Assembly (NCBI RefSeq): GCF_018350175.1
Contig: NC_058370.1
Location: 124,124,001 to 124,188,000 of the forward strand
Source of the DNA: Felis catus
Taxonomy: Eukaryota
Length of the DNA: 64,000 nt
Direction of reading: 5' to 3'
Positions within the stretch are counted from its first letter, which is position 1. Every line of letters starts with the position of its first letter. A program made the translations under genes and the position numbers. The notes beneath the pieces were generated by a model. It was not told where the DNA came from. It ran no database searches and saw nothing but the letters and a program-made list of their open reading frames with translations. Of this stretch, positions 36,891-49,867 are shown piece by piece.

Positions 36891-37410
36891 TACACCTGTG
36901 AAGAAATGAAGAATGGCGTTAAGTTTTTAGCTTTTACCTCTTCCAGTCAATTTGGGGATTTGGAGGGTGCTGCTGTCAGTAGAGAATCTCTCTCCTCTAC
37001 TCTTCTTACAATATGGCAGGGTCTTTGATACAGCACTGTCTACCTTCGACAATCCCTGGTGGGAAATCAAGTTCAAGAGCCCTCCGGCTGTCACTCTGCT
37101 CATGATATCCCCATTGTTCCAAATAAGAAATTGTTGATTTTGCCCCTCAGGATGGGCCATCCACTTTAGAGAACTCTGTTCTGCCAGCTTTCTCTGAGAT
37201 ATCCAGACACACGCATCATCTCATGGTTCCTCTTGCTCAACCTCCACTGCATTTCCTCATAGTTTGTGGTTCGAGGTTATAGATGTTTCCTTTTTTGTTG
37301 AATATGGAAATATGCCTGATTTTTGTTTTCGTTGCTGCTTTGATTTAATCTCCAAGATGAGAAGGTGGCACCATCTTAACTTTATTCTGCCATTTAAAAA
37401 CCCACTTAAT

Positions 37411-37638
37411 GGGGCGCCTGGGTGGCGCAGTTGGTTAAGCGTCCGACTTCAGCCAGGTCACGATCTCGCGGTCCGTGAGTTCGAGCCCCGCGTCAGGCTC
37501 TGGGCTGATGGCTCAGAGCCTGGAGCCTGTTTCCGATTCTGTGTCTCCCTCTCTCTCTGCCCCTCCCCTGTTCATGCTCTGTCTCTCTCTGTCCCAAAAA
37601 TAAATAAACGTTGAAAAAAAAATTAAAAAAAAATAAAT
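37411..37638 (+). mobile_element. Very young felid Can-SINE
   Basis: Near-identical to the 27965 copy; TSD aaaaacccacttaa at 37396-37409 and 37639-37652. Confidence 0.98.
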
Positions 37639-37683
37639 AAAAACCCACTTAAAAATCATGGCATCCCAAATTTTGATGTTCTG

Positions 37684-37843
37684 CAGAAGAGATTAGCAAA
37701 CTCTTCCTGTCAAGGACCAGACAGTAAATATTTTAGGTTTTGCACTGCAACCACTCAATTTGCCACCATAGTACAAAAGCAGCCATTGACAATATGTAAA
37801 CAAAGGAGCATGGCTGTTTTCCCATCAAACTTAGTTTATGGAC
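37684..37843 (+). mobile_element. MER58A-like hAT element
   Basis: 'gcaaactcttcctgtcaaggaccagacagtaaatattttagg...aaagcagccattgacaatatgtaaac'. Confidence 0.85.
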
Positions 37844-38066
37844 AACAATGTAATATAGTAGAGGCAATGCGATGTGATTTTTGAGACTGGATCATGAAAG
37901 GCATGCAGCTTCTGTCCTGTTTTTGGAGACACAGCCACTGTGTAAACAGTCCAGCCACCCTGGAGAGTCCAGCCATGTTGGAGAGTCTTTAAATTCCTTA
38001 ATGAGATACTACACACAGAGACACATGAGGGAAGCTCCTCCTCACTGCCACCAGCACCAAATATTT

Positions 38067-38960
38067 CTAGCCCTGCGCTCTCCATCACCGCCATCACCAG
38101 CCACATGTGGCTATGGAGCACTTGACATGTGGCTGGAGCAACTGAAGAACCGAATATTAAATTTTGGTTTAACATCAGAGCTAATGTAAAATACAACATA
38201 ACTAATTTTTACACTAATGGCACGTTGAAATGGTAACATTTTGGACATAGTGGGTAAAATAAAATATGTTAAAAATTAATTTTACCTATTTCTTTTTCTT
38301 TTTTTTAAAATGTGGCTACTAGAAAATTCTAAATTAATTATGGATCACATTGCATATTTTTTAAATATTTATTATTTGTTTGTTTTAAAACCATTAAAAC
38401 CAGTATGATTAACATGGTGTTATATTAGTTTCAGGTATACAATATTGTGATTTAAAAATTCAATAAATACATTACTCAGTGCTCATCAGGATAAGTGTAC
38501 TTTTAATCCCCTTCACCTATTTCACCCAGCCCCCTCCCACCTCCCCTCTGGCAACCAGTTTGTTCTCTGAGTCTGGTTTTTTTGTTTTGTCTCTTTTTTT
38601 TAGTTTCTTCATTTGCTTTGTTTCTTAAATTCCACATATGAATGAAATCATATGGTGTTTGTCTTTTTCTAACTGACTTAATTCATTTAACATTATATCC
38701 TCTAGATCCATCCATGTTGTTACAAATGGCTAGATTTCATTCTTTTTTATGGCTGAATAATATTCCATTGTATGTATATACCACATCTTCTTTATTCATC
38801 TATCAAGGGACACGCGGGCTGCTTCCATATCTTGGCTATTGCAAATAATACTGCAATAAACATAGGAGTACAGATACCTTTTCAAATTAGTGTTTTCGTT
38901 TTCTTTGGGTAAATACCCATTAATGTAATTCCTTTATATTCCTATTGGAAAGAGCTTCTC
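38067..38960 (+). mobile_element. MER3/MER33-like hAT element, interrupted near its end by L1
   Basis: 'ccagccacatgtggctatggagcacttgacatgtggct...aatgtggctactagaaaatt'; terminus 'tatattcctattgga' lies beyond the L1. Confidence 0.75.
38360..38922 (-). mobile_element. Carnivore LINE-1 3' end (~560 bp)
   Basis: Antisense 3' UTR 'ttcttaaattccacatatgaatgaaatcatatgg...catccatgttgttacaaatgg'. Confidence 0.92.
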
Positions 38961-39149
38961 AAGCACCATCTCCGGGTTCAGGAGCCCAGAGCTGGGGACC
39001 TGAGATGTCGCCCACCTCACCAGGTAAGTCACATGACCTTCCACAGGCCTTCCATGCCTCTTTTCTGTCCCCAGGCATGGAACAGACCCCAAGTTCACAG
39101 TGGGTCCTGGTGGAAGTTGAAGGATATTTTGCCTGATGCTTATTGCTCC

Positions 39150-39310
39150 TTTAAAGCACTAAGGCATTTTAGAACGATTTTAGTTGCTTGCTTTAAATAC
39201 CTGCTAGTCTCATTATTAACTGCATGATCTTCAGCGTGTTACTATCCTTCTCTGAACACCTTATTCTTCATGTCTAAAATAAATGATTTATTGTGAATCC
39301 ATTGAACCCA
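39150..39310 (+). mobile_element. MIR fragment
   Basis: 'tgatcttcagcgtgttactatccttctctgaacacc...catgtctaaaat' MIR core-like. Confidence 0.5.
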
Positions 39311-39510
39311 CCCTACTAGATCTGTGAACTTCTTAAAGATGCGATGTGATCCCTACCTGGCAGACATGTCCTGAGGATCAACTGTCAGGGTGTAAGTACC
39401 CCAACATCTAATGCTAAATAAGCAAATAAACAATATTCAGTGCCTCAGGGTTCTGAAGGAGCAGGAAGGAAAAGCTCTGGAGAAGACAGTAGTAACTGAA
39501 GAGTTAACAT

Positions 39511-39562
39511 CTGTGTGTGTGCATGCATGTGTGCACACATATGTATGCGTGCATGTGTATGC
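39511..39562. repeat. Alternating purine-pyrimidine (TG/CA/TA) tract
   Basis: tgtgtgtgtgcatgcatgtgtgcacacatatgtatgcgtgcatgtgtatgc. Confidence 0.85.
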
Positions 39563-40844
39563 TACTTGAGGGGGATGGGGTGCAGGAAACCAACAATAAG
39601 CAAATAAACAAATAAATACATAACTTGGACTGGGGTCTGTACTGTGAGGAAGAATGAAGTAGGACAAGGAGTTACTGAGCACCAGGGTGGAGACGCTGGT
39701 TGGGGAAGGCTTCTGGCCACAGGGACCTCCCCTGAGGGTCAGTGCCAGCCATGTCTCCACTTTGTTAAGTTCCAGGCCTGCAGGGATATAGCCTTTGGGA
39801 AGAAACCTGTCCTTTAACACTGCCTCATTTTACTTTTCCTGTGTCCACCTACACTGTTTCTTTTTACTCCAAAAACTTTCCTGTAACCCCAGAATCACCA
39901 GAGCAGTGCAACTTTCTAAGAAAACAATTTAACTAAAGCCAGTTGGCCTAAAATCAATCCCTCTAAAGTGAATTTGCATATAGGCAACTTGCTCAGGGGT
40001 TCATGTACCAGATGCTCCTTCCACCTCCCTTTTTTAAAAAATAACTACTAGAGCATTTCCTATGAAGTCACTCAGTTCTAGCCTCTTGTGAAATTTAGGT
40101 TTTTGCTAATTGCTTTCTGTTTCAGTCATTTGCTAAAGGTATTTCCTATTTTTGTGTTTCTGATAAGCATGTATGTGATTCTTCCCAAATGATTCATCAA
40201 ACAGATCACTTTTGCAATTTCTACCTGGTTGATTCTTTGTTCCTTTATACCTGTGTGTCTCTCTGGGATTACCTACACAAGTCACCCCTCCTGTGTTTGA
40301 TGCATTTAATGCAGATTACTAGTGAGACCGACACAAACGATTCTGCAGAAAGCTTCCTAGTGGAAAGTTTATACTATGTGCTTCTAACTTCGTAAAGTGG
40401 AAAAATAAGATGACAATACCCATGTGGGTGTGCCACACATGTCCACAGGAAGCCCATTTGGCAAGGGTGAGTTGCCATAGCCCACGTGTGTGGGCAGAGC
40501 CTGGGCCGCAGGTTTTCTGACTCCGCACTCAGTGCTTCAGTGAAGCATTCTACGCTGCCTCCATTAATAATTTTCCAAATGTACTGATTATGCTGCTAAT
40601 TAGTTAAATAAGACACAGCTGATCTACCATTTGCTCAAACACGGTCTCATTTGAACTTCCAAAATGTCCTTTCTTTTTACCACTACCCCTTTAATGATGA
40701 GGAAACTTGATTGAATGAATGAACAAATTAATTACAGAAAATGGAGTTTATAAACTTAGTCCAAGGATGGAAAAAAAGAAAAACTGAGGCCAGGAAATCG
40801 TTGAACAAAGTAACAAACAAACATCCTCCTTTAGAACATCTAAG

Positions 40845-41278
40845 CAAGTTGTTCCCAGACAAGGGAGATTTTGTACCCCCATGGGCATCTAGAAATGTCT
40901 GGAAACAGGGGCGCCTGGGTGGCTCAGTTGGTTGAATGTCTGACTTCAGCTAGGGCATGAGCTCACAGTTCTTGAGTTCGAGCCCCACATTGGGCTTGCT
41001 GCTGTCAGCCTGTCAGCACAGAGCCCACTTCAGATCCTCTGTCCTCCTCTCTCTGCCCTTCCCCTGCATGCACACTCCCAAAAACAAATACATATTTTAA
41101 AAAAGAAATGTCTGGAAACATTTTTTACTGTCACATTGGGGAGAGGGTGCTAGTGGCATCTAATAGGTAGAGACCACAGATGCTGCAAAAACACCCTACA
41201 ATGCATAGGACAGCCCCCTCCCACGAAAGTACTATCTGGCCCCAAATGCCAATAGTCGCTGAGGCTGAAAAACCTTGA
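40845..41278 (+). mobile_element. MER20 hAT element split by a SINE
   Basis: 'aaatgtctggaaacatttttt...gtgctagtggcatctaataggtagag...aatgccaatagtcgctgaggctgaaaaacc'. Confidence 0.9.
40908..41103 (+). mobile_element. Can-SINE within MER20
   Basis: Perfect 17-bp TSD agaaatgtctggaaaca at 40891-40907 and 41104-41120. Confidence 0.97.
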
Positions 41279-44059
41279 CTTAAGGGCTGCATGTTCAAGG
41301 AGGTAAAAATGCGATGTAAGCTGAGGACAAACTGATCTTGAAGGAAATGCTCTTCTCTGTGTAACCTGTTTTCCCAACAGGGCCTTTACATGTTTTGCCA
41401 TTTACGGCCAAGCCCCCATATCAGAAAGAAATCCATGTTCCTCTGTCCATTTTCTCAGCCTGCAGTCTTGGGTGAGGTTCTGTTTTGCTTGTCTGTTTTC
41501 TCTGGCACAGCCCCCTCTCCACCAAGTCTCTTTAAATGAGCTTAACTCTGGCTCTCAGTGGAAAGAAAGGCCATTATGGCCTCAGGCTTTGTCCCTACTC
41601 CCAGACCTGTTGTCTGCTTGTCTGAGTGAGGCTCCCCGGTCAGCCACAGCGGGTGGGATCTCTGGCAGAATCTATTCCCTTTCGGACAAGGCAAGCCCAG
41701 GAACCAACGGAGGCAAGGGAGGGTTTTCTATTTCTTTCCATCTGTCCTTCCAACACCATGCTCCCCATATCTCTGGTCTTCCTCTTCTGTCTTCCCTCCC
41801 TCACTCTTACAGATGACCTGTGATATCCTTATCCCTGGTTTTCTGGGCAGCCTGCCCCATCAGTGTCTAGACCTCAGGGCTCCTTTCTTTTTTTCTTCCT
41901 TTTAAACCTCATTCTCAGATAGGGTCTCTCAGGAAAGAGTCAAGATGCTGATGAGTGATAATTAGTGTCTGACCCCTTCCAGGCAGACTAAGGACTTTGC
42001 CTTAGCTCACAGGCTAATGGTGGGCTATCAGACATTCTAACACAAAGTGCTTCCCCATCCTTCACCCTGCCAGCTTTCAGATCTCCTTTCTAGCACTAGG
42101 AGGAGAAGAAGGATTGTTCATGCTCAGTAGCATGGAATGGAAAACATGCTCATAACTCCAGGTGACCCAGCCGGCTTCTAATGGTGCCTGCATGAAACAC
42201 AGGGCTGTAGACCCTAAGTCTGGTCTCCTCAGTAAAGGGACACCGGCACCTGCTTGGTGGGGGTGAGGGCCAGAACCCTCACAACATATCCCATGTTCTT
42301 AAGCCAGTGTTTCTCAGACAGGAGAGTGCATCAGGAGCCCCTCTTTTGCTTCCAGCAAAAGGCAGCCAGCCCAGCAACCCAGAAAGGGACTGCTGTCCTC
42401 CACTCTGGGGAAGGCATTCCTCTTTCTCCCCTTCAGTCTCTGGTGCTTGGAGCTGCATGGTTTGATGCAAGTTGGAGTCCTCACCAGCTCTCCCTGGTGA
42501 AAGCCTGACTTGCCCTCATGCAGTCAGCATCCTCCTCGGTGAGGACATTCCCCAGCAGGTGCCCGCTCCTCCTGGGAGGGCTGCCATGCTTCCATTTGTT
42601 TAATGCCCAGATTTCCTCTCATTCCTTCCTGGCCTGGGAGGACTCCAGTTGAAATGGCTCACATTCTTCCTCCAGGTTCTCACTCTGTTCTCTTGCCTCA
42701 CTAAGTAAAGGTAATTATAAAAAGGCAATACAAAACTTAGAATTTCATCTCAGGCAAAATACAAAAACATTTAAGAAATGGCCTGAAGATCCCCAAGGGG
42801 CCCTCAGTCTCGAGAGGAAACAGAAAACCCAGTTAAATACAGTCTGAGAAATGCTGTAGTGGATAATGTGCTTGCTTATGAGGCGTCAAGAGCCCTGAGG
42901 AAGGAGAGGCTGCCTGGGTGGGGTGACAGGGGGACGGGGCGAATGTCAACTGCCCTCATAACTAAATGATGTAACATCCTCAGGTGAGAAACAGGGCCTG
43001 GCTGGCTTTACTTCCCATTGAGTAAATGACTTTAAAAATCAGTGTTACTTAGCATGCAGTGCCACGTTACCAGAATATCAAAGTTTGGAAGTGATTTTCC
43101 ATATAATTCAAGAGGTAAAATAAATTTGAAAAAATGTTAAATTTTTTGTTGTTGTTTTGGCCCAAATTATGCTCTACTATCTATGTGCTTCTTCAGCCTA
43201 TTGAACTTTACCCTGAATTAATCATTCTCTGATTCCAGGTAAAGTGTTAACATTACCTACTACTGGCTCCACACCATGTTTTCACACAGTAATCACGGCC
43301 AAGTTTACTTCACTTCACGCCAGCTGTGGCAAAGTAGGACAATTACCTAATGCACCCCCAACAAATGATGTGACACTTATCTTAGGGCCTGCCTTGATGT
43401 TATCACTGCCATGGTCATCTGATGTTATTACTGTCTCCATCTAAGCCTCCTTAACCCAGCTGGCCACTCCCTGCCCTTTCCTTGAAACTCCCACAGCGAT
43501 GCTACCACACTCCGTCCAAAGTTTTGCTTTGCTTGTTTTGTTTTCACAGGACATGTATGTGTTTCCAATAACTTTTTAATTTTTAAATAAGTGAAGCAGC
43601 AAAGCTCCCAAAAGTGCATTGGTTTGGGGTGTTCTCCATCCACAGATTCAAGGCATAATAATTAAAGATCATGGGGATTATGACCAATGATGGATTGTCC
43701 TGTTCTAAATTAGAAGTAGAACCAGACAGACTGACTCGAGAGAGAGCCTGCTCCCTCTTGCACCTCACACTAAGCCCTCCCAGGATGGCTGTGACCACCA
43801 TAACACAAAGCAAGCACTCTGGAAGTATAGGAGAAGCCGTGATTACTAAAATCCAAGGAGATACTGAAAACTTGGGACCCTTAAGGTTGGGTAGGATTTC
43901 AAACAGTATAGAACAGGATAAAGGGCCCCCAGGAAATGGAACAACGTCTCCAGCCTGACACCACAGTAGAGAAAGACCTGCAAAAACAAATTAGCCCATC
44001 AGTATTGTTGGAGATGGAAGCTCTGGGGTGCAGGAGGGCACCGAAGGAGAGGCTAGGTA

Positions 44060-44600
44060 GTTGGGTCAGAGAAGATCATGCAGAGCTCTAGATGATGAGC
44101 TGGATGTGGACTTTATTCTGTGTGGATTCCAATGATAAGTGACAGGTTTTGGAACTTTAACTAGGACATTTGCTGCCAAGAGGAGAGGAGGGGGAGGGGA
44201 ACTCTGTAGCAAAGTGAGCAGATCGAAGTCAGGTTGGATTGGTAGAGTAGGGCTGAAATGCTGGTATGAAGACAAAGCCAAAGCCAAAGATAAGGCAATG
44301 CATATCAAAATATTTTCCCAGTGCAAGGTCTAAGGTAGTCACTCAACAAATATTTACTGAAGTTGATGGTTCCGGGATTTGGAGTGTAAGTGGTGATGAC
44401 ATTCACTGCAATCAGGAAAAGAAAACTGGGCACTGGGAGGGAGATTGTGGGGTAAGCCATGGGCATGTTGCGTTTGAAGTGCTTAAGAAACATCCAGGTG
44501 GAGATGACTAATTGGGATTGGAGATACAAATCTGGAGCTCAGGAAAGAGGTGTAGGATGGAGAGGAAATCATCAGTGTTTAGAGCATAGGTGAAATCACA
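44060..44600 (-). mobile_element. L2 fragments
   Basis: 'gggcatgttgcgtttgaagtgc...catccaggtggagatg...ctggagctcaggaaagagg' antisense L2. Confidence 0.7.
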
Positions 44601-45658
44601 AAAATAAACGATATCTTGATAACTGGAAACCTCATGGTTCTTCTGGGATTCTTGTGTTTGCTCCTTTAACTGACTAATTCATCATTTTCTAAGAGCCTCC
44701 ATTGTACAACATATGGGAAGAAGATATGGCTCAGCCCACAAGCTTGACATACAGCTCATTCGTGTGCACACATGTATGCAAAGAGTTACCTGCAGTATAA
44801 TCCATAGGTAGCACTGTGTTCTGGTGACACATAAAAAACAGGGAGCCTAGTTCTATCTTAGAAGTAAAGATAAAGGTGGGAAATCATGGAATTGTTCACA
44901 AAAGAAAAAACACCAAAACAGAGCCTCGAAAGCTAAATGGGTCTTGGGGATTTCTTTTGTCATTGTGGTGACTGTTTTTTCCAGGCAGAAGGGGCCACCT
45001 AAGCAAAGATGATAAGACACCAGGTGGCCTGAGTTTGAACTGTTTGAAAGCTGGAGCAGTGTGCCAGAAAGATGAGTGTGACATGACTGGATCTGTGTTT
45101 TGGGAAGGCACTTCTGGTGGCAAGTGTGGACGGTGGATTAGAGCCTGCAAAGATGCCTTAACTAAGAGCTTCGTGACAAAATGCCTTCCTTCTCATCCCT
45201 TTGTCTGCTTCCCAAAGGCCTCAGGAGGGCTGGGCTCTGAAGACCCCCATTTGTGAATGAGGTGAACCATTAGAATAGGCTTAGACCTGAACGTACACGT
45301 GAATGCCTTCGTGGCCAGCAGAATGCCAGGCAGGTACAGACACAGCACTGGGGGGAATAAAAATAAGGCTGCTCAAGAAAGTAGCTCAATGATTTGGTCC
45401 AATTTGTACTTACAAGTTGGTTTATCATAAATGAGATTTCTTCCAATCATTACTAGTTTTGCATTTAGCTTCCTAAATCCCCTCTGTTTTCTAAAGAATT
45501 GTTTTATGTGTCAACACTGGCCCTGGGTCCAGCCACAATCCCAGCCCCAGCCCCAGCTATAGGGAAGATGCAAAGCTCCTAACTTTGAGGGACCCAAAGG
45601 GAGGGTGCCTAAGCTCAGCATAGATGCTCTTGCCAGGCTTTCCACTCGATAACTTGCA

Positions 45659-45884
45659 ATTTTTTTAAAAAAATTTTTTTTCAACGTTTATTTATTTTGG
45701 GGACAGCGAGAGACAGAGCATGAACGGGGGAGGGGCAGAGAGAGAGGGAGACACAGAATCGGAAACAGGCTCCAGGCTCCGAGCCATCAGCCCAGAACCT
45801 GACGCGGGGCTCGAACTCACGGACCGCGAGATCGTGACCTGGCTGAAGTCGGACGCTTAACAGACTGCGCCACCCAGGCGCCCC
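45659..45884 (-). mobile_element. Very young felid Can-SINE
   Basis: Reverse complement of the 27965/37411 type; TSD ataacttgca at 45649-45658 and 45886-45895. Confidence 0.98.
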
Positions 45885-46252
45885 AATAACTTGCATTTTA
45901 ACAACTGTTAACACAAAACATCATGCTACAAAATTGGAGGGGATTTGCAAAGAAACTTTCTGGCCTAATATAGTCCCTAAATTGTATCTGAGAATATGGG
46001 ATCAGGATTCAAGAGTTTTAACTATCCAAAACCTTTTTTTAAGTGCTGATTTAATCGCTATTATCTTTAGCTGCATTTTCACACATGTGCATTTTGCACA
46101 TATGTAACCAAATGAACTGGAGGCTGAATTTCTAGAGTAATTTCTTAAGAGCCAAGAAATGAGAATGGGGGATTTTATTCCACAGTTCAAGATGCACCAG
46201 CCCTAGCATGTCTGGCAACAGAGAGAAGCACAGCCATAAAAAGGACTGTCCT

Positions 46253-46431
46253 GGGGCATCTGGGTGGCTCAGTTGGTTGGGCCTCTTACTTTGGCTCACC
46301 TTATGATCTCACATTCATGGGTTCAAGCTCCACATCAGGCTCTGTTCTATCAGTGCAGAGCCTGCTTTGGATTCTGTCTCCCTCTCTCTCTCTCTCAAAA
46401 GTAAACAAACATTAAAAAAAAAAAAAAAAAA
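46253..46431 (+). mobile_element. Can-SINE (internally shortened)
   Basis: TSD aaaaaggactgtcct at 46238-46252 and 46432-46446. Confidence 0.95.
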
Positions 46432-47149
46432 AAAAAGGACTGTCCTTTGCAGTGCTGGGATATCTCTACCTGTGAATTCTCTCTCTAAGCATAAAAATGC
46501 ATTGTTCGATCTGGGCCTTGGAAAGTGACCTCCATCCCACAGTGGATGATGGTGTTAGACCAGGTTCTGCATCAGAAAATTTTCAAACAATGATGACAGT
46601 CTAGCATGTGCCTTCTGAGTCCCATCTCTGCCTGCCTTCGTTCTCAGCATCTCCTCTCCTCTGGTCTACAACTAATGCCTTAGAGGGAGGTTTCTGAAAT
46701 TTCCTACTAAGTAGCAACCCACATTGACTCTCCAGAGCACTGCCATCCATCCATCCAGTGCAGAGTGTGGAAGAGAGGTGTTTCCTCTAGGAAACCCCAG
46801 CAAAGCCTAGCAGGACTTCCACTTTCACTGCATATGGGAGTGTATGCTGAGGGTCTCCCTAGTAAGAGATCCTACTAAGAAAAACACCCTGCTAACCAGT
46901 AGAGTCAGTGTTACCATTTACTCCCTCATAGGGCTTTATTATTCCACAAAGCTTATTTTCACCTTATATCTGAATTGTAAAAAGACATTTTAACCCCAGA
47001 AAGTCTATTATAATGTTCACCAAATTTACTACATCTAAAATATTTTGTATATAAACCTACCATTTGTAACAACAGATGAAAGTGAACTTATTTACCCCTT
47101 TCTTTCTTATGTTTTATTTTCTTCCAATGTTAGAACAAGAAAGAGCACT

Positions 47150-47335
47150 GGATGAAGAGGCCAGAGTTCTGTATTTCAGTCTGAACTCTGCCAATAATGC
47201 TGGAAACCTCTGAAGGTGAATCAGCCCTTCTAAGGTTCAGATTCCTGGCCTCTCAAAAGGCACAGAAACTTTCTGAGCCACATGCCCCACAAGACTGTTG
47301 TGAGCTTCAGACAGGAACGGTGTCTGTGAAAACAG
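47150..47335 (+). mobile_element. MIR
   Basis: 'agagcactggatgaagaggccagagttctg...ctctgccaat...gactgttgtgagc'. Confidence 0.6.
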
Positions 47336-48470
47336 TCTAAAACCCATCGTGAGCCAGAGCAAAGAAAGGGAGCCTCAGATTTTCCACAGATATTCCACAT
47401 CAAACATCACGTCGTTTCAGTGTACTTAATTTCCTTTGAAATTGTCCATAGCTTTGGCCCTAAATAGTTCACATTCTTAGAATTAATTTAATAATAATCT
47501 GATAGCTGCTTGTGCTTCCTGCAATATTTATAGCCAACTATGAAGACAATAACCTTCTCACCTAAGAACTAAAGACTATGATGGTTATTATTCCATATTT
47601 AAATCCACTTAAGTCGTGTAGTATCAGACCATCACTGAAACCATTTCAGATCTAAGACATTTGCCAATGTGTCCTCATGTACTGTCTGCTCCTGTTGGAT
47701 CATTCTTTGAGTCCACCAACACTGACTAAGCAAACACTCCACAGAGAGCTAGCCACAGAGACCATGCAGCTGCTGGGAACTAAGAATTGAGTGAGAAGGG
47801 GGATAATGAGGAGCATACCTTATGGATAGTAAATTTTTGGAGCATTTTGAGAGAAATCTTTTTTTTCGCAAACCTTCTTTTCAGATTTCCATACTTTATC
47901 ATTAAAAATGACAACGATTGCCAAAATGTGTCCTTGGCAGTAGAGATCATATTTGGTCTAGTAAAAATCTTAGCAGCTTTGCCTTTTAACCAACAGCTCA
48001 TCTAAAATCTTTTATCAGATTCAGAATGTGAGAGAAATTACAGTGAAATCTGGAGAGCTGGAGACCAAAATCAGCTGATAGAAAATTAAGTTTTGCTGCA
48101 AGCAGCCTCCTGTGCAAAAACATCTGCTCGGAGCAATGTCTGTGGTGCTGAATGCAAAAGCACCAGGTACAAGGAGCAATGATTAAACTAGATCAAATCC
48201 AGGAGTGTGTCCTGGGACTAGAGAGAGGGGTTTTCCAAAAATCTTGAGTTTTGTTTTCATCTATAATTGTGCGAAGAAATAGAAATTCCATTACGTGAAA
48301 TCTGGGCACCTTTTTGGCTGCATAAGAACCATGTGTACAATTACTATGAGCTGTTATACCTAGTCAATTCTAGATCACAGGGAAAGAAGCATAGATACCT
48401 TGTAATGATCTCCTAATGAAGCAGCATTTCTGCACTTCATTGATAAGGACAATTTAAATATTTGTAACTG

Positions 48471-48690
48471 GGGGTGCCTGGGTGACTCAGTCAGTTAAGT
48501 GTCTGACTTACGCTCAGTCATGATCTCATGGCTCGTGAGTTTGAGTCCCATATCGGGCTCTGTGCTGACAGCTCGGAGCCTGGAGTCTGCTTCAGATTCT
48601 GTATCTCCCTCTCTCTCTGTGCCTCCCCGACTCACACTCTGTCTCTGTCTCAAAAATAAATAAAATTTTTTTAAAAATTAAAAAAAATAA
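48471..48690 (+). mobile_element. Can-SINE
   Basis: Full head, CT tract, tail; TSD tatttrtaactg. Confidence 0.96.
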
Positions 48691-49329
48691 TTATTTATAA
48701 CTGATTATTTGAGTTTCATTTATCCATTAAACAAATATCTGTAATACTGAAGAGTATGCTCCTGTTTGGGTTTATATCTTGAGGAAAATTTGAATTGTCT
48801 TAATATTTGCTAACCATGTCTAGAATTCAAGCACCATATTTTCAAATTAAGCTTGCTTTTGCTTGAGATCTTTCCTTTAAAAATATATAGACTTAGCTGA
48901 ATAATCTATATTTTATTGTATCTTAAGCAAATACAGAAGGAAGCTTTTAGGAAAAAGTTAGCATGCACTGTTTTCTTTTTCCCAATAGCTTTAGAGGAAA
49001 ACAGTGTGATCAGTCAAAAGCAAATGACTGAAAGGATAGACAGGTTGTAATACTGTAGGTCCAGGAATTGGGGGGTAAAGCACACTGTCTTCTTCAAGGA
49101 CTGCAGAGAAGAGATTAGCTCCCTGTATTTCCAGCAGCATGGTGGATTCAATCCTCTGAATGAAACACCCTGATAAACACCACTACAATTCCTGAATAAA
49201 ATATTTTAAGCACTTCTTTAACTTGACAAAAGGGTCAGGAATCTTCAGAAGAAGAAAAAAAATGGGGAACAAAATGAATACCAAAGTCAGCTAACTGAAA
49301 CCACATAAGCACTAGAACACATGTGTGAG

Positions 49330-49810
49330 CTCCATTTTCACTTTGATAGAGAAAAAAAAAATCTTGCTGCAACTCAAAATCCAAAGGCAATAAAACTGGG
49401 AGAAAACATTTGCGACAGTATCACAGATAAAGGGCTCCTAACTCTAACTTTAAAGAACTTCTAAAATTTGGGAGGAAAAATGGGCAAAAACACAGACAAT
49501 TCACAAAAAGAGATACAAAAGTGGCTCCAAAACATATGAAAAGGTGTTGTCCTTACTCATGATAGGAAGAATAGACGTTAAAACCACACTGAAATGCCAT
49601 TTCTTACCCAATAGATTAGCCAAATTTGAAAACGTGGCAATGTGCTCTGCTGGCAAGGCTATGGTTAGTTGATGGTTTCATACATTGCTGGTGAAGCTTC
49701 AAAAGGGAAAGAACCCTGTGTGAAGAGGAGTTTGGCAACATGTAACAGAACCACGTATGTTCCTTCAACCCAAAATCTCCCTAGAAATGCTAGAAATTTA
49801 CCTAGAGTAT
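49330..49810 (+). mobile_element. Ancient L1M(C/E) 3' ORF2 fragment
   Basis: 'aaactgggagaaaacatttgcgac...cacagataaagggct...catacattgctggtg...ctagaaatttacctagag'. Confidence 0.75.
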
Positions 49811-49867
49811 CCTCTAGGATACACTCTCTAGGTTGCATGCTCCAACAAGGTGCATGTGACCCTTCGG

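Noticed and set aside
27938-45914. Three near-identical ORFs (APGWRS.LSVRLQPGHDLAV.EFEPRVR.WADGSEPGACFRFCVSLSLCP...) at 27938, 37264 and 45681
   Set aside because: They are translations of the young SINE copies, not a gene family.
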